Both the position numbers and the translations under genes were made by a program. A DNA stretch of 64,000 bases, taken from Actinomycetales bacterium (lineage in GTDB: Bacteria; Actinomycetota; Actinomycetes; S36-B12; UBA5976). The notes beneath the pieces are model-generated. The model saw only the letters and a program-made list of their open reading frames with translations, did no database searches and was not told where the DNA came from. Below are positions 24,483 to 33,147 of this stretch, in pieces (position 1 is the stretch's first letter; the number at the start of each line of letters is the position of its first letter). The stretch spans positions 10,877 to 74,876 of the forward strand of contig JAGWXT010000001.1 of the NCBI GenBank assembly GCA_018969715.1, given 5' to 3'.

Positions 24483-24645
24483 ACCACGTAGCCCGGTGGC
24501 TTTGGTTGATGCTTGACACTCCTCCGCAATCTGACCCGGATCGCCGGACTGATCAAGGCGCCGCTCCGCGCGCTTCAGGAGTTGAGGGTGGGAAGGGGGA
24601 GAGCGCTCACGGCCGTGTCTTGGGAGCCTCACCTCGCAGCCCAAC

Positions 24646-24675
24646 TTGACCATAAGGTATCGTATCCGATACATA
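24646..24675 (+). promoter_or_regulatory. Candidate promoter/operator of the XRE-AbiEii module
   Basis: TTGACC (24646-24651) and TACATA (24670-24675) are separated by 18 nt. That spacer holds the perfect palindrome GTATCG-tatc-CGATAC (24657-24672). The ATG is at 24685. Confidence 0.35.
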
Positions 24676-24684
24676 GGAGGTGAC

Positions 24685-25200
24685 ATGGAGACGCTGGCGG
24701 CACAGGCGAGGCGTGCGTCTGGCCTGTCCCAGATCGAAGTCGCAAGGCGGGCGGGCACATCGCGCCCGACCTTGTCCGCCTATGAGCACGGTCAGCGCAA
24801 TCCCACGCTTGAAACCCTGGAACGAGTGCTCGCTGCCAACGGGCAGGAACTGATCTCCGTCCCGAAGCCACGGTTCGCCCGGCACTCAGATCGTCGCGGC
24901 AGGCCGTTCCATGTGCCGGACCAGTTGCCGCGGCTGTCGATCGAGCAGGCACTCGCGACGGTTGTCCTGCCCGCGCATGTTGATTGGTCGTCGGGCCGCA
25001 AGCCGCGTGACCTTGCTAACCGCAGGGAGCGCAATCTGGTCTATCGCATGGTGCTTGCAGAAGGTCTGCCTGAGGACATCCGGCAGGTCATTGACGGTGC
25101 CCTGCTGGTGGACGCGTGGCCGGACCTGCATCTGCCTGCCGCCATCCGCCAGGCGTGGCAGCCGTTGATCGACAGGGCCCTGAATCGCGGCGCAGCATGA
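24685..25200 (+). CDS. XRE-family HTH antitoxin-like protein (partner of the AbiEii-type nucleotidyltransferase)
   Basis: METLAAQARRASGLSQIEVARRAGTSRPTLSAYEHGQRNPTLETLERVL is the HTH. There is an ATGA overlap with the next gene. Confidence 0.7.
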   Translation: METLAAQARRASGLSQIEVARRAGTSRPTLSAYEHGQRNPTLETLERVLAANGQELISVPKPRFARHSDRRGRPFHVPDQLPRLSIEQALATVVLPAHVDWSSGRKPRDLANRRERNLVYRMVLAEGLPEDIRQVIDGALLVDAWPDLHLPAAIRQAWQPLIDRALNRGAA

Positions 25201-25844
25201 GTACGTCCCCGATCACGGTATTCCAAGCCGAAGTTGCTCAGGTGTTCTTCTCCTTGCCCGAGACGAAAACCTTCCTGCTCGCCGGCGGGCTCGCACTGGC
25301 CGCTCATGGCATCTCCGAACGCCCAACCGAGGACTTCGACGCCTTCACCTCCAAGGCTCCCGATGTCACGACGGCATTCGCAGCATTCACCGCGGCCGCC
25401 GGTGACCGCGGCTGGAGTATCCGAGTGGTCCAGGCGAGTGACACGTTCGTTCGCCTTGAAGTTGTGGGCGAGGATTCGCTCCTCATGGACCTCGCCCTCG
25501 ACTCTGCGCCGGAGCTCCCGCCCGTCATGTCCCTCCTGGGACCCACGTTCGCGCCGGAGGACCTCGCGGGGCGCAAGCTCCTTGCGCTATTCGATCGCGC
25601 CATGCCCCGTGATTTCGTCGACGTCTACCGGCTCGCTCAGCGGTGGGAGACCGGCCAACTGCTCGAATGGGCGAAGGTCATTGATGCTGGCTTCGAGCTC
25701 ACGGTGTTGGTCGCGGCGATGCGTCAACTCGATGGATTCGCGGACCCGGACCTTCCGATCAACGAGTCAGAGGTCGATCAGCTCCGCGAGTTCTTTCGCA
25801 CGTGGCTCGAGCAGTTGGAAGCAGCCGGCGCAGGAGGGGAGTAG
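25197..25844 (+). CDS. Nucleotidyltransferase AbiEii/DUF1814-like toxin
   Basis: LAGGLALAAHGISERPTEDFDAF resembles an NTase GG...R.T.D.D motif, and PRDFVDVY is present. Translationally coupled to the HTH gene. Confidence 0.7.
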   Translation: MSTSPITVFQAEVAQVFFSLPETKTFLLAGGLALAAHGISERPTEDFDAFTSKAPDVTTAFAAFTAAAGDRGWSIRVVQASDTFVRLEVVGEDSLLMDLALDSAPELPPVMSLLGPTFAPEDLAGRKLLALFDRAMPRDFVDVYRLAQRWETGQLLEWAKVIDAGFELTVLVAAMRQLDGFADPDLPINESEVDQLREFFRTWLEQLEAAGAGGE

Positions 25845-25868
25845 CGGGACGACAGAGCGCGCAGCGGC

Positions 25869-25948
25869 CTCATAGTCTGGTAGTCGTCGGTTCGAGCCCG
25901 ACCCGCCCCACCCTCGAGGACCGTTGCATTGCAACGTGTTTACGGATC
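25869..25948 (+). repeat. tRNA-Met-like 3' half, copy 3, plus shared hairpin (CGTTGC-att-GCAACG) and TGTTTACGGATC
   Basis: 25869-25910 matches copy 2 apart from the first loop base. It starts 24 nt after the AbiEii-like stop. Confidence 0.65.
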
Positions 25949-26237
25949 GTCAGGTTCTCCGCTCGTGACTTCTCGTACCCTCCAAGGCCCTCCCGCTGTC
26001 GCGCGCCTGTCGCACGCCACGCGCCTCAGCATTTCCTGGCAATTCGGGCAAGGGGCTCGCCACTCGAACACATTCAGGTCTGATCAGATCGCGTGTTGAC
26101 GACGTTCGAAAACAGAGGCTCACATGCATGTTGATGGTGAAACATGTACCTCCTGTCGCAAGGCATTCCCGAGAGGTCATCGGGCCGATCACGCGCGGGT
26201 TACGCCCCACCGGGCGTGTTCGTATCAACATCTCAAT

Positions 26238-26758
26238 TCACTCGTGGCCCGTCAGGACCGGCGCAACGAGGTCGGCGACCTCTCCCATGCCGTAGCGGGA
26301 GACCAGCAGTTCGAGCAACTCCTCGGCGGAGTGTTTGGGGTTGCGATGCCGCATGGAGATCTCAATGCGCGCCTTCGCGGCTCGGGCAGGTTCTCGGTGG
26401 GGAAGTGCTTCAGGTTGTCGGTGACGATCACTCCGGCGCCGCCAACGAAGGCTGCCGCGACAACGTGCTCATCGTCTGGATCAGGGAGGCTGAAGGATCC
26501 TTCCAGCGCTTCCCAGCCGGTCACTAGGGCATCGTCGAACGCGCTGCGCAGGCGGTCGATCAGATGCTCAGCTCGCGCGAGCGCCTCGTCATCCGGAGCT
26601 CCTCGACCGGCCAGTTTCCGCTCCTCGTGCTCGTGGAGTTCCTCCAGGATTGCCTCGCTCCAGAGCGGCCGATACAGCCCCTCCGCCGCCATGGAAGGCA
26701 GGAAGTCGCGTTGCAGGCTGGGCCACAGCACGTTGGTATCGAGAAAGGCCGAAAACAT
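26238..26758 (-). pseudogene. PIN-domain toxin with an apparent frameshift near 26378
   Basis: N-terminal [11 protein letters not shown] and the later [10 protein letters not shown] are PIN acidic residues. After ...ENLPEP the track frame turns into R/S/P/C/W-rich junk. The adjacent frame reads a natural [46 protein letters not shown] and stops at 26238. Confidence 0.6.
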
Positions 26759-26770
26759 GTCCCGATCCTG

Positions 26771-27106
26771 TCAGCGGGCCGCCCGTGCTCGACGTCGCGC
26801 GGCCACTTCAGCGCGAATGCCCAGAAGGTTCTCGGGCACAGACTCCGCGTCCTCGTCTGAGTCGTAGTCGTCCACAGCCAACTCCATCAGCGCGTTGTAC
26901 TGAGCCTCGCGCCGACGAGCCTTGCAAGCGAGGAGATCCTCAAGCTTGATCATTCGACGATGCGTGCCAGGAGTCTCTGCAGGCAACTCGCCCGCGTTGA
27001 TCAGCTTGATCACCGTCGGGCGGCTGACACCGAGTAAGTCGGCCGCCTGCTGGGTCGTGAGCAACTGACTCTGCGGCGCGACAGTGGCGGCCTTACCCGC
27101 TGCCAA
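26771..27106 (-). CDS. Excisionase-type HTH antitoxin-like protein (partner of PIN)
   Basis: LLTTQQAADLLGVSRPTVIKLINAGELPAE is the HTH. There is an acidic segment DDYDSDEDAE. The gene lies 12 nt upstream of the PIN gene. Confidence 0.7.
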   Translation of the reverse strand: MAAGKAATVAPQSQLLTTQQAADLLGVSRPTVIKLINAGELPAETPGTHRRMIKLEDLLACKARRREAQYNALMELAVDDYDSDEDAESVPENLLGIRAEVAARRRARAAR

Positions 27107-27277
27107 GGCCTCGACGATTTGGAGGACAGCTTGATCGTGGACTTCGAAGGGTCATGATTGGGTTGTCCTGGCATGTGCTTGGGCTGTCTGCCGAAGTGGA
27201 TGGCTGTGGTGAAACCGCGGACGGTTCGTAGGGCTCGCTCGGTGTACGGAAACAGTCTGCTTCGGGGCTTGCTGGCA

Positions 27278-27574
27278 TCAACTGGTGACGAGGGCGGTGA
27301 CCTTGGCTAGCTCTTCGGAGTGGAGGTCACGCTCAACCTCAAGGTCGTAGTCCGTCTGGATGTTGATCCAGAAGCGGTCATCAACACCCAACGCCTTCGA
27401 CAGGCGGAGAGCGGTCTCGGTCGTGATTCTGCGCTTGCCGCGGACGATCTCGCTGATCCGGGTCTGGGGGAGACCGGTCGCCTGAGCCAGTCGGTACTGG
27501 CTGATTCCGAGCGGCTCGAGGAACTCCGTGAGGAGGATCTCGCCGGGCGGAATTGGCTCGTGAGCCTTCGTCAT
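27278..27574 (-). CDS. higA: HigA-family HTH antitoxin
   Basis: MTKAHEPIPPGEILLTEFLEPLGISQYRLAQATGLPQTRISEIVRGKRRIT (98 aa). Confidence 0.85.
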   Translation of the reverse strand: MTKAHEPIPPGEILLTEFLEPLGISQYRLAQATGLPQTRISEIVRGKRRITTETALRLSKALGVDDRFWINIQTDYDLEVERDLHSEELAKVTALVTS

Positions 27575-27587
27575 CGTGGCACTCCCT

Positions 27588-27868
27588 TCAGTGGTAGTCC
27601 GTGATCTCGACATCGTCCGCGCCGCCGTCGGTCCAGACGAAGCAGATCCGGAACTGATCGTTGACGCGGATCGAATACTGATCGGACCGGCGCCTGTCAG
27701 CTTCTCCAGACGGTTGCCGGGTGGCACCCGAAGGCTGTTCAGTTCTGATGCCGCGTTGAGGAGGCGAAGCTTCTTCTGTGCGGCTCGCTGCAAGTCCGGA
27801 CCGAAGGCAGGTACAGGCAGCCTGTTCCAGACCTTCTCGGTTCGGTTGTCCTTGAAGGACCGGATCAC
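27588..27868 (-). pseudogene. higB: HigB (RelE/ParE-fold killer) toxin, frameshifted near 27698
   Basis: The N-terminal part, MIRSFKDNRTEKVW...LRVPPGNRLEKL, is in one frame. The C-terminal part, DRRRSDQYSIRVNDQFRICFVWTDGGADDVEITDYH, is in another frame and ends at 27588. Confidence 0.7.
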
Positions 27869-27928
27869 GGAACGATACTATCTCGTAACGATAGCATCGT
27901 TCCAACGGAAGTTCCCTCGGCGTCATCC

Positions 27929-28110
27929 TCAACTCGACTTCATGCGGCTCTTGATGTCGACGACTGTGGCCCGCTGAGAGTTCATGCGCTCGGTGATGCT
28001 GCGGCCGTTGTCGCGGGACGCATGTGCGTAGGCCATGGCCGCGTTGACGGTCGAGTGGCTCATTCGTCGCTGGAGGTAGGTCAGTGTTGCACCCGGAGTT
28101 CGTGACCGAG
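27929..28110 (-). mobile_element. Tyrosine recombinase (integrase) C-terminal remnant
   Basis: Own translation: PGATLTYLQRRMSHSTVNAAMAYAHASRDNGRSITERMN...KSS stop. It shows the GHS...Y.H box II pattern with the catalytic Tyr. No N-terminal part is present. Confidence 0.5.
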
Positions 28111-28216
28111 GCTCTGCGCGAGCACCTCAAGGAGTACGCGCTCCTCCGTCCGGGAACTCGGTCACCGTGCCACCGGTGGTGATCCGGCCGATCTTGGGGG
28201 CGAACTGCTGGACCTG

Positions 28217-28927
28217 ATGGACGAGCTCGGCGAAGCCGAACTGCCGCTGAGGACCTCCACGGCCGCCTGGCTGCGCTCACAGGGCTGGACGAACAACCGC
28301 CTGCATGCCTGGGCCCAGGCGGTGCTGATCACCCAGGAGTACGGACTGGACCCGGCCGGGCTCGGCGTCCGCGCCTTCAGCGAGGGTGACTGGCAGCGCG
28401 GCGGGGATGCCCTGGTCGGCGGGGACTACGCCACCCTCGTGCGGTCTCTCCTGGACGGGATCGAGGTCCGGCGAAGCGCCGCCGTCACCGCGGTGCGACC
28501 GGCGGGCGGCGGCGTGGTGGCGCAGCTGGCCTCCGGCTCACCGGTGGCCGCCGATGGCGCGGTGGTCGCCGTGCCGCTGGCCCTGTTGCAGGCCGGCATC
28601 CCCGACCTGGCCGGCGTGCCAGGTCCGGTGCGCTCGGCCCTGGCCAGCCTGCGCACCGGCAGCCTGGAGAAGGTGGTGCTGCGCTACCCGGAGCAGTGGT
28701 GGGGTGAGGTGCGAGCCATCGGGGTGGTCGGCGGTGGCGTACCGGCAGCGCCAGCCGGCAGCCAGGCCGCACTGCGCTGGACCGGGGCCGTGAGCATCTC
28801 CGACCTCGTCGGCTTCCCGGCCCTGGTCACCTTCAGCGGGGGCAGTGCCGCGCGGACGCGACCGGCTTCGGATGCCGCCTGCGTCAACGAGGCGGTGGCG
28901 GCCCTGGCGGCTGCGTTCCGGGACTAG
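28217..28927 (+). pseudogene. Flavin-containing amine oxidase, C-terminal portion only
   Basis: Resembles an amine-oxidase C-terminal half (GGDYATLVRSLLDGIEVR..., [22 protein letters not shown]). The frame is open upstream to ~28120 but has no start and no FAD GxGxxG region. Confidence 0.5.
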
Positions 28928-29128
28928 GCCTTCGGACCGCCCGCCACGTACAGCACCTGCCCGGACACGAAGCCGGCGTCCTCGCGGCAGAAGAAGCTGA
29001 GCGGTGGCCCGGGTCATGTCGGTCTCGATGAAGCCCGGCGCGATGGCATTGACCGTGACACCGAACTTGCCAAGCTCGATCGCGAGGGTCTTGGTCAGGC
29101 CCTGCAGTCCAGCCTTTGCCGGGCTGCT
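28924..29128 (-). pseudogene. SDR (FabG-like) gene fragment with internal deletion and frameshift
   Basis: Own translation: [41 protein letters not shown]. After a frame change near 28995 it reads [23 protein letters not shown] stop. Confidence 0.5.
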
Positions 29129-30117
29129 GCCTGCTCCGGACTCAACTCGCTGCTGCCGGCCAGGACATAGACCGGTTTGCCGCGTCGACGCGCCAGATCG
29201 ATGACCAATCCGGGAGCCTTGCCCATCAGGGACTGACGGTCGAAGCGACCTTCGCCGGTGACGACCAGATCGCAGGCTGCCACGCGCTCCTGCAGGCCCG
29301 CTTGCTCGGCCACCCAGTCAGCACCTGACCTGATGTGAGCACCGAACAAGGTCCGCGCGGCGAAGGCCACGCCGCCCGCTGCCCCCATGCCCGGCTCGGC
29401 GGCGACACGCCGCCCTGCAGCAGGGTCGAGCAGGTCCGCCCACGCAGCAAGGCTGGCATCGGCGACCGCCACCTCGTCCTGCAGCAGACCCTTCTGCGGA
29501 CCGAAGACCGCAGCCGCCCCGAGCGGACCCAGCAGTGGGTTGTCCACATCCACCAGGAAGCGCCAGCGGGCTCGGCGGACCGCCTCGGGGAGTCGGCGAG
29601 GATCGACACGGACCGCCCGCCGGACACCCAGCAGTCCCGCAGGGACTCGCCATCCGAGGCGATCGGAAACCCGAACGCCCAATCCCAGGACGAATCCCAA
29701 GCCGCCGTCGATCGACGCGCTGCCCCCGAGGCCGATCGTGACCTCGGTGGCACCCGCCTGGACCGCATGGCGCGCCACCATCCCCAGACCGAGGGTGGAC
29801 GCCTGCCACGGCCGAAGGGGGTGGTCCAGCACCGTCGCCAGCCCGCACACGGCAGCCAGCTCGATGATCGCCGATGAACCCGCCACGGCGTATGCCGACT
29901 CGTTCGGCCGACCCAGCGCATCGACCGCGGCCACCGTCCGCACCTGGTACCCATGGTCCAGGGCGAAGGCGAGTGTCCCGTCCCCGCCATCGGCCAGGGC
30001 GACGCCGGACACCTCCATCGAGGGATCGGCCTGCATCAGTTCCTCGGTGACCACATCCACCACCTGCTGGGCGGTCAGCGTTCCCTTGAACTTGTCCGGG
30101 GCGAGGAGTATGCGCAT
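29095..30117 (-). CDS. Glycerate kinase (C-terminus apparently truncated at the junction with the SDR fragment)
   Basis: ATG at 30117 gives [22 protein letters not shown] and [15 protein letters not shown] are present. The last ~15 codons read the SDR fragment out of frame. Confidence 0.75.
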   Translation of the reverse strand: MRILLAPDKFKGTLTAQQVVDVVTEELMQADPSMEVSGVALADGGDGTLAFALDHGYQVRTVAAVDALGRPNESAYAVAGSSAIIELAAVCGLATVLDHPLRPWQASTLGLGMVARHAVQAGATEVTIGLGGSASIDGGLGFVLGLGVRVSDRLGWRVPAGLLGVRRAVRVDPRRLPEAVRRARWRFLVDVDNPLLGPLGAAAVFGPQKGLLQDEVAVADASLAAWADLLDPAAGRRVAAEPGMGAAGGVAFAARTLFGAHIRSGADWVAEQAGLQERVAACDLVVTGEGRFDRQSLMGKAPGLVIDLARRRGKPVYVLAGSSELSPEQAAARQRLDCRA

Positions 30118-31070
30118 CAGGTGTTCGGGGTCACACTCGGGGAGTCGATCGATCGACCCACGGATGACTGGGTCCGGGTCCACTGAGCCCAGGCCACGGC
30201 GGCGATCACCACGCAGGCGGCCCCGACCGTGAGCCAGGTGACCGGCTCGCCGAGGAACCACGCGGACCAGCCCAAGGTGAGCAGGGCCTGCAGTTGCTGC
30301 ACCTGACCACCGTAGGCGACCCCGGCAAGGTGGAGCCCGCGATACCAGGCGAAGAACCCGATGTACATCGACGACAGGCCAAGGACGAGCAGGGCTCCCC
30401 ATTCGGTCCCCGTTGTCTCGAAGGAGCCATGGGTCGTCCACCACAGGATCACCGTCGCAGGCAGGGCCACCGGCAGGGAGAAGACGACCACCCAGGAGAT
30501 CACCTGCCAGCCGGGCATCTCACGGGTGACCATCGCCCCCTGCACGTAGCACAGGGACGACAGCAGCACCGCACCGACGACGAGGAGGTCGGCCAACAGG
30601 CTGCCTCCTGCCAGACCACCACGGGTGAGTGCGAAGGCAACCAGAGCCACGGTGCCGACGCAGGCGGCGACCCAGAACGCACCGCTCACCCGCTCGCGAG
30701 CCAGCAGCACCGCGAAGATGGCGGTCGACAGCGGCATGAACGCAGCGATCACGGCCGCATGTGCGGAGGTGGTCGACTGCAGGGCCAAGGCCAACAGGAT
30801 CGGCCAGCCGAAGACCGCTCCGACCATCGTGATCAGGATCGGTCGCCACAGGTGCCGTGGCGGGAACGGCACCCGCCGTAGCCCGAGCAACGGGATGGCC
30901 ACTGCTGCGGCGATCACCGGACGAGCCATCGCGGTCAACACCGGGTCGAATCCCTGCACGGCCACCTTCGTGGCCGGAACGGTGAACGACCACAGGAAGA
31001 CGGCGATGAAGGCGAGGCCGAGGCCCTGCCGCACCCTGGCATTCACGGTTGTGACCCTAGAGAGCGACAC
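30117..31070 (-). CDS. EamA/DMT-family transporter
   Basis: 317 aa with ~10 hydrophobic segments and two EamA-like halves. Its stop overlaps the glycerate kinase start (TGATG). Confidence 0.8.
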   Translation of the reverse strand: MSLSRVTTVNARVRQGLGLAFIAVFLWSFTVPATKVAVQGFDPVLTAMARPVIAAAVAIPLLGLRRVPFPPRHLWRPILITMVGAVFGWPILLALALQSTTSAHAAVIAAFMPLSTAIFAVLLARERVSGAFWVAACVGTVALVAFALTRGGLAGGSLLADLLVVGAVLLSSLCYVQGAMVTREMPGWQVISWVVVFSLPVALPATVILWWTTHGSFETTGTEWGALLVLGLSSMYIGFFAWYRGLHLAGVAYGGQVQQLQALLTLGWSAWFLGEPVTWLTVGAACVVIAAVAWAQWTRTQSSVGRSIDSPSVTPNT

Positions 31071-31151
31071 TGTGTTCGGCGTGTACGCGGTCGCTTCAAC
31101 GGTCTACGCTGCCACGGATTCTGGCCTGTCCACCAAAAGCGGAGCCGCGGC

Positions 31152-31727
31152 CCCGACGATCACCGGGGTCTCGCCTTCGACGGGTTCTGCCGCCGGGGGT
31201 ACGCCGACGGCCGCCTCTACTTCACCGATCCCGGCGACTACTACCCAGACAATCGGTCTACGGGCCGCATCTTCGCGCTGAACCCCGATGGCACGGGCGA
31301 ACTCCTCGAGGAGATCCCGGACGCCTATCCCAACGGGATCGTGGCGGAACCAGACGGATCGATCGTGTGGGTCGAGTCCTACGATCGCGGCGTCTACCGG
31401 CGGCGGCCGGGAGGCGCCTCCGAGATGATCCACGTCCTGCCCGAGAACCACGTCCCGGACGGCCTGAAGGTCGACGCAAGCGGAAACCTGTGGGTCACGG
31501 CGTTCATGGGCGGCGGCGTAGACATCCTCGCGCCGGACGGCACGGCGATCGACTTCCTGGAGACCGGGGGCGTGCCCCTGAACTGCATCTTCGTCGGTGA
31601 TTCCCTGGTGATCACCGACTTCGGCGACGTCACCGCTGTGACCGACCAGGCGCCCATGGGCGGGCGTCTATGGCGCATTCCAGTCGGCGTCCAGGGGATG
31701 CCGCTCTTCCGAGGAAAGGTTGCCTGA
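31152..31727 (+). pseudogene. SMP-30/gluconolactonase/LRE family protein, 5'-truncated
   Basis: The in-frame region upstream of track ORF 31341..31727 reads PDDHRGLAFDGFCRRGYADGRLYFTDPGDYYPDNRSTGRIFALNPDG...PNGIVAEPDG. No plausible start or N-terminal blades are present. Confidence 0.5.
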
Positions 31728-31728
31728 G

Positions 31729-32475
31729 ATGAGCACCCCAAGCACGTCCGCCGCCGTCGTCACCGGAGCGGGAAGCGGGATTGGCCTCGCGACAGGGCGA
31801 CGACTCCTCCGCGAAGGCTTCTCCGTCGTCGGAGTCGACCGGGATGACGCCGGGCTGGATCGCGCGTCAGCCGAGGGCATGACGCCGCTGAAGGCAGACC
31901 TCGGGTCCACGGAGGACCGCGACCGCGTCGTCCAGGCAGCACAGGCCAGCCGGTACCTGGTCAATGCCGCGGGCATCATCGTGCTCAAGCCCATCCTCGA
32001 GGTGACGATCGCGGACCTCGAGAACGTGTACCGCGTGAACGTCCAGGCAGTGTGGGACCTGACTGCCCGGATCGGTGCAGCCATGTCCCCCGGCAGCGCC
32101 ATCGTCAACCTCAGCTCGAGCTCCGCCAAGCTGGCATCGACCACTGAGGCCGCCGCCTATGCGTCGACCAAGGCGGCGGTTCTGAGCCTCACACGGTCCT
32201 TCGCGTATGCCTTTGCCGAGAAGGACGTGCGAGTCAACGCCGTCTGCCCCGGCATCATCGACACACCCATGCAGGATGCCGTCCTGGCGAAGGTTGCGGC
32301 AGCACGCGGGATGGACGTCGCCGACCTCGTGGCAGCCCGGAACTCAACCGTCCCCCTCAAGCGAGCGGCCACGGCAGACGAATGCGCAGCGACGATCTGG
32401 TTCCTCCTGTCACCGGAGTCGTCCTACATGACGGGGCAGGCCATCAACGTCACCGGCGGTTTGGTGATGCACTGA
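31729..32475 (+). CDS. Short-chain dehydrogenase/reductase
   Basis: Contains VVTGAGSGIGLA and the YxxxK motif YASTKAA. The ATG lies 1 nt after the previous stop. Confidence 0.85.
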   Translation: MSTPSTSAAVVTGAGSGIGLATGRRLLREGFSVVGVDRDDAGLDRASAEGMTPLKADLGSTEDRDRVVQAAQASRYLVNAAGIIVLKPILEVTIADLENVYRVNVQAVWDLTARIGAAMSPGSAIVNLSSSSAKLASTTEAAAYASTKAAVLSLTRSFAYAFAEKDVRVNAVCPGIIDTPMQDAVLAKVAAARGMDVADLVAARNSTVPLKRAATADECAATIWFLLSPESSYMTGQAINVTGGLVMH

Positions 32476-32704
32476 CGGTCGACGGGCCGAGATCGACTCG
32501 TCCTGTCGGACTGCACCGACACCAGCGGGAGCCGCGGCAGAGGGTTGGGCAAGTGCTCGCTGAAGTCGCTGAATCAGCAGGTTGAGACACTCGAGCGGGC
32601 TGGTTGCGCACTACCTCTGGAACACCGTGAGATGCGGGAGGACCGCTCGGCAGGCGTCGACGATGTCGCTGGCCTTGTCGAGGTCCGCCAGGACCACGTC
32701 GGGC

Positions 32705-33127
32705 TCAATCTGCGTATCGGGGTCGGGGTACTCGGTGTCGTTCCTCGTGCTTCTCATACGTGGCACAGCCGAGCCTCGTCGCCCACCCGCACACGTCACC
32801 GCGGCACGTCAGGTCGTGTCGTGGCTGCGGAGTCGGTTCGGGGGCGGGGCGCGGCGCCGCCGGGATTTCCTCGCCATGCCGGTGGCGGCCCGTCGCGATC
32901 AGCGGATTGATCCCCGCCTCGGTGACCGCGGTGACGTTGCCCGCGGAGAAGTACCCGGCGTCCGCGAGCAGCGTCCGCGGCAGCTCCTCGATCCCGGCGG
33001 CGGCCAGCGAGTCGGCCAGCCCTGCCAGGGCCCCGGGCAGTTCGGGACTGTCGGCGCCGGAGGCCACCAGCGCGGTACTCAGGATGACCTGGCTGCCCTC
33101 GTCGACGACCGTCTGCGCGTGGTCATG
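32705..33127 (-). mobile_element. DDE transposase remnant (IS1182/IS5-like), N-terminally truncated
   Basis: Own translation: HDHAQTVVDEGSQVILSTALVASGADSPELPGAL...TLLADAGYFSAGNVTAVTEAGINPLIA. It has the typical GYN.Q..VD...Q.I and ADAGY pattern. No inverted repeats or intact start were seen. Confidence 0.5.
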
Positions 33128-33147
33128 GCCGTGCTACACTCCCGCGC

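Noticed and set aside
27278-27868. The 196-aa track ORF taken as a natural single HigB-HigA fusion gene
   Set aside because: Its middle section (GAGPISIRSASTISSGSASSGPTAARTMSRSRTTTEGSAT) is the conserved HigB C-terminus read out of frame. A frameshifted two-gene operon explains it better, as reported in the findings.
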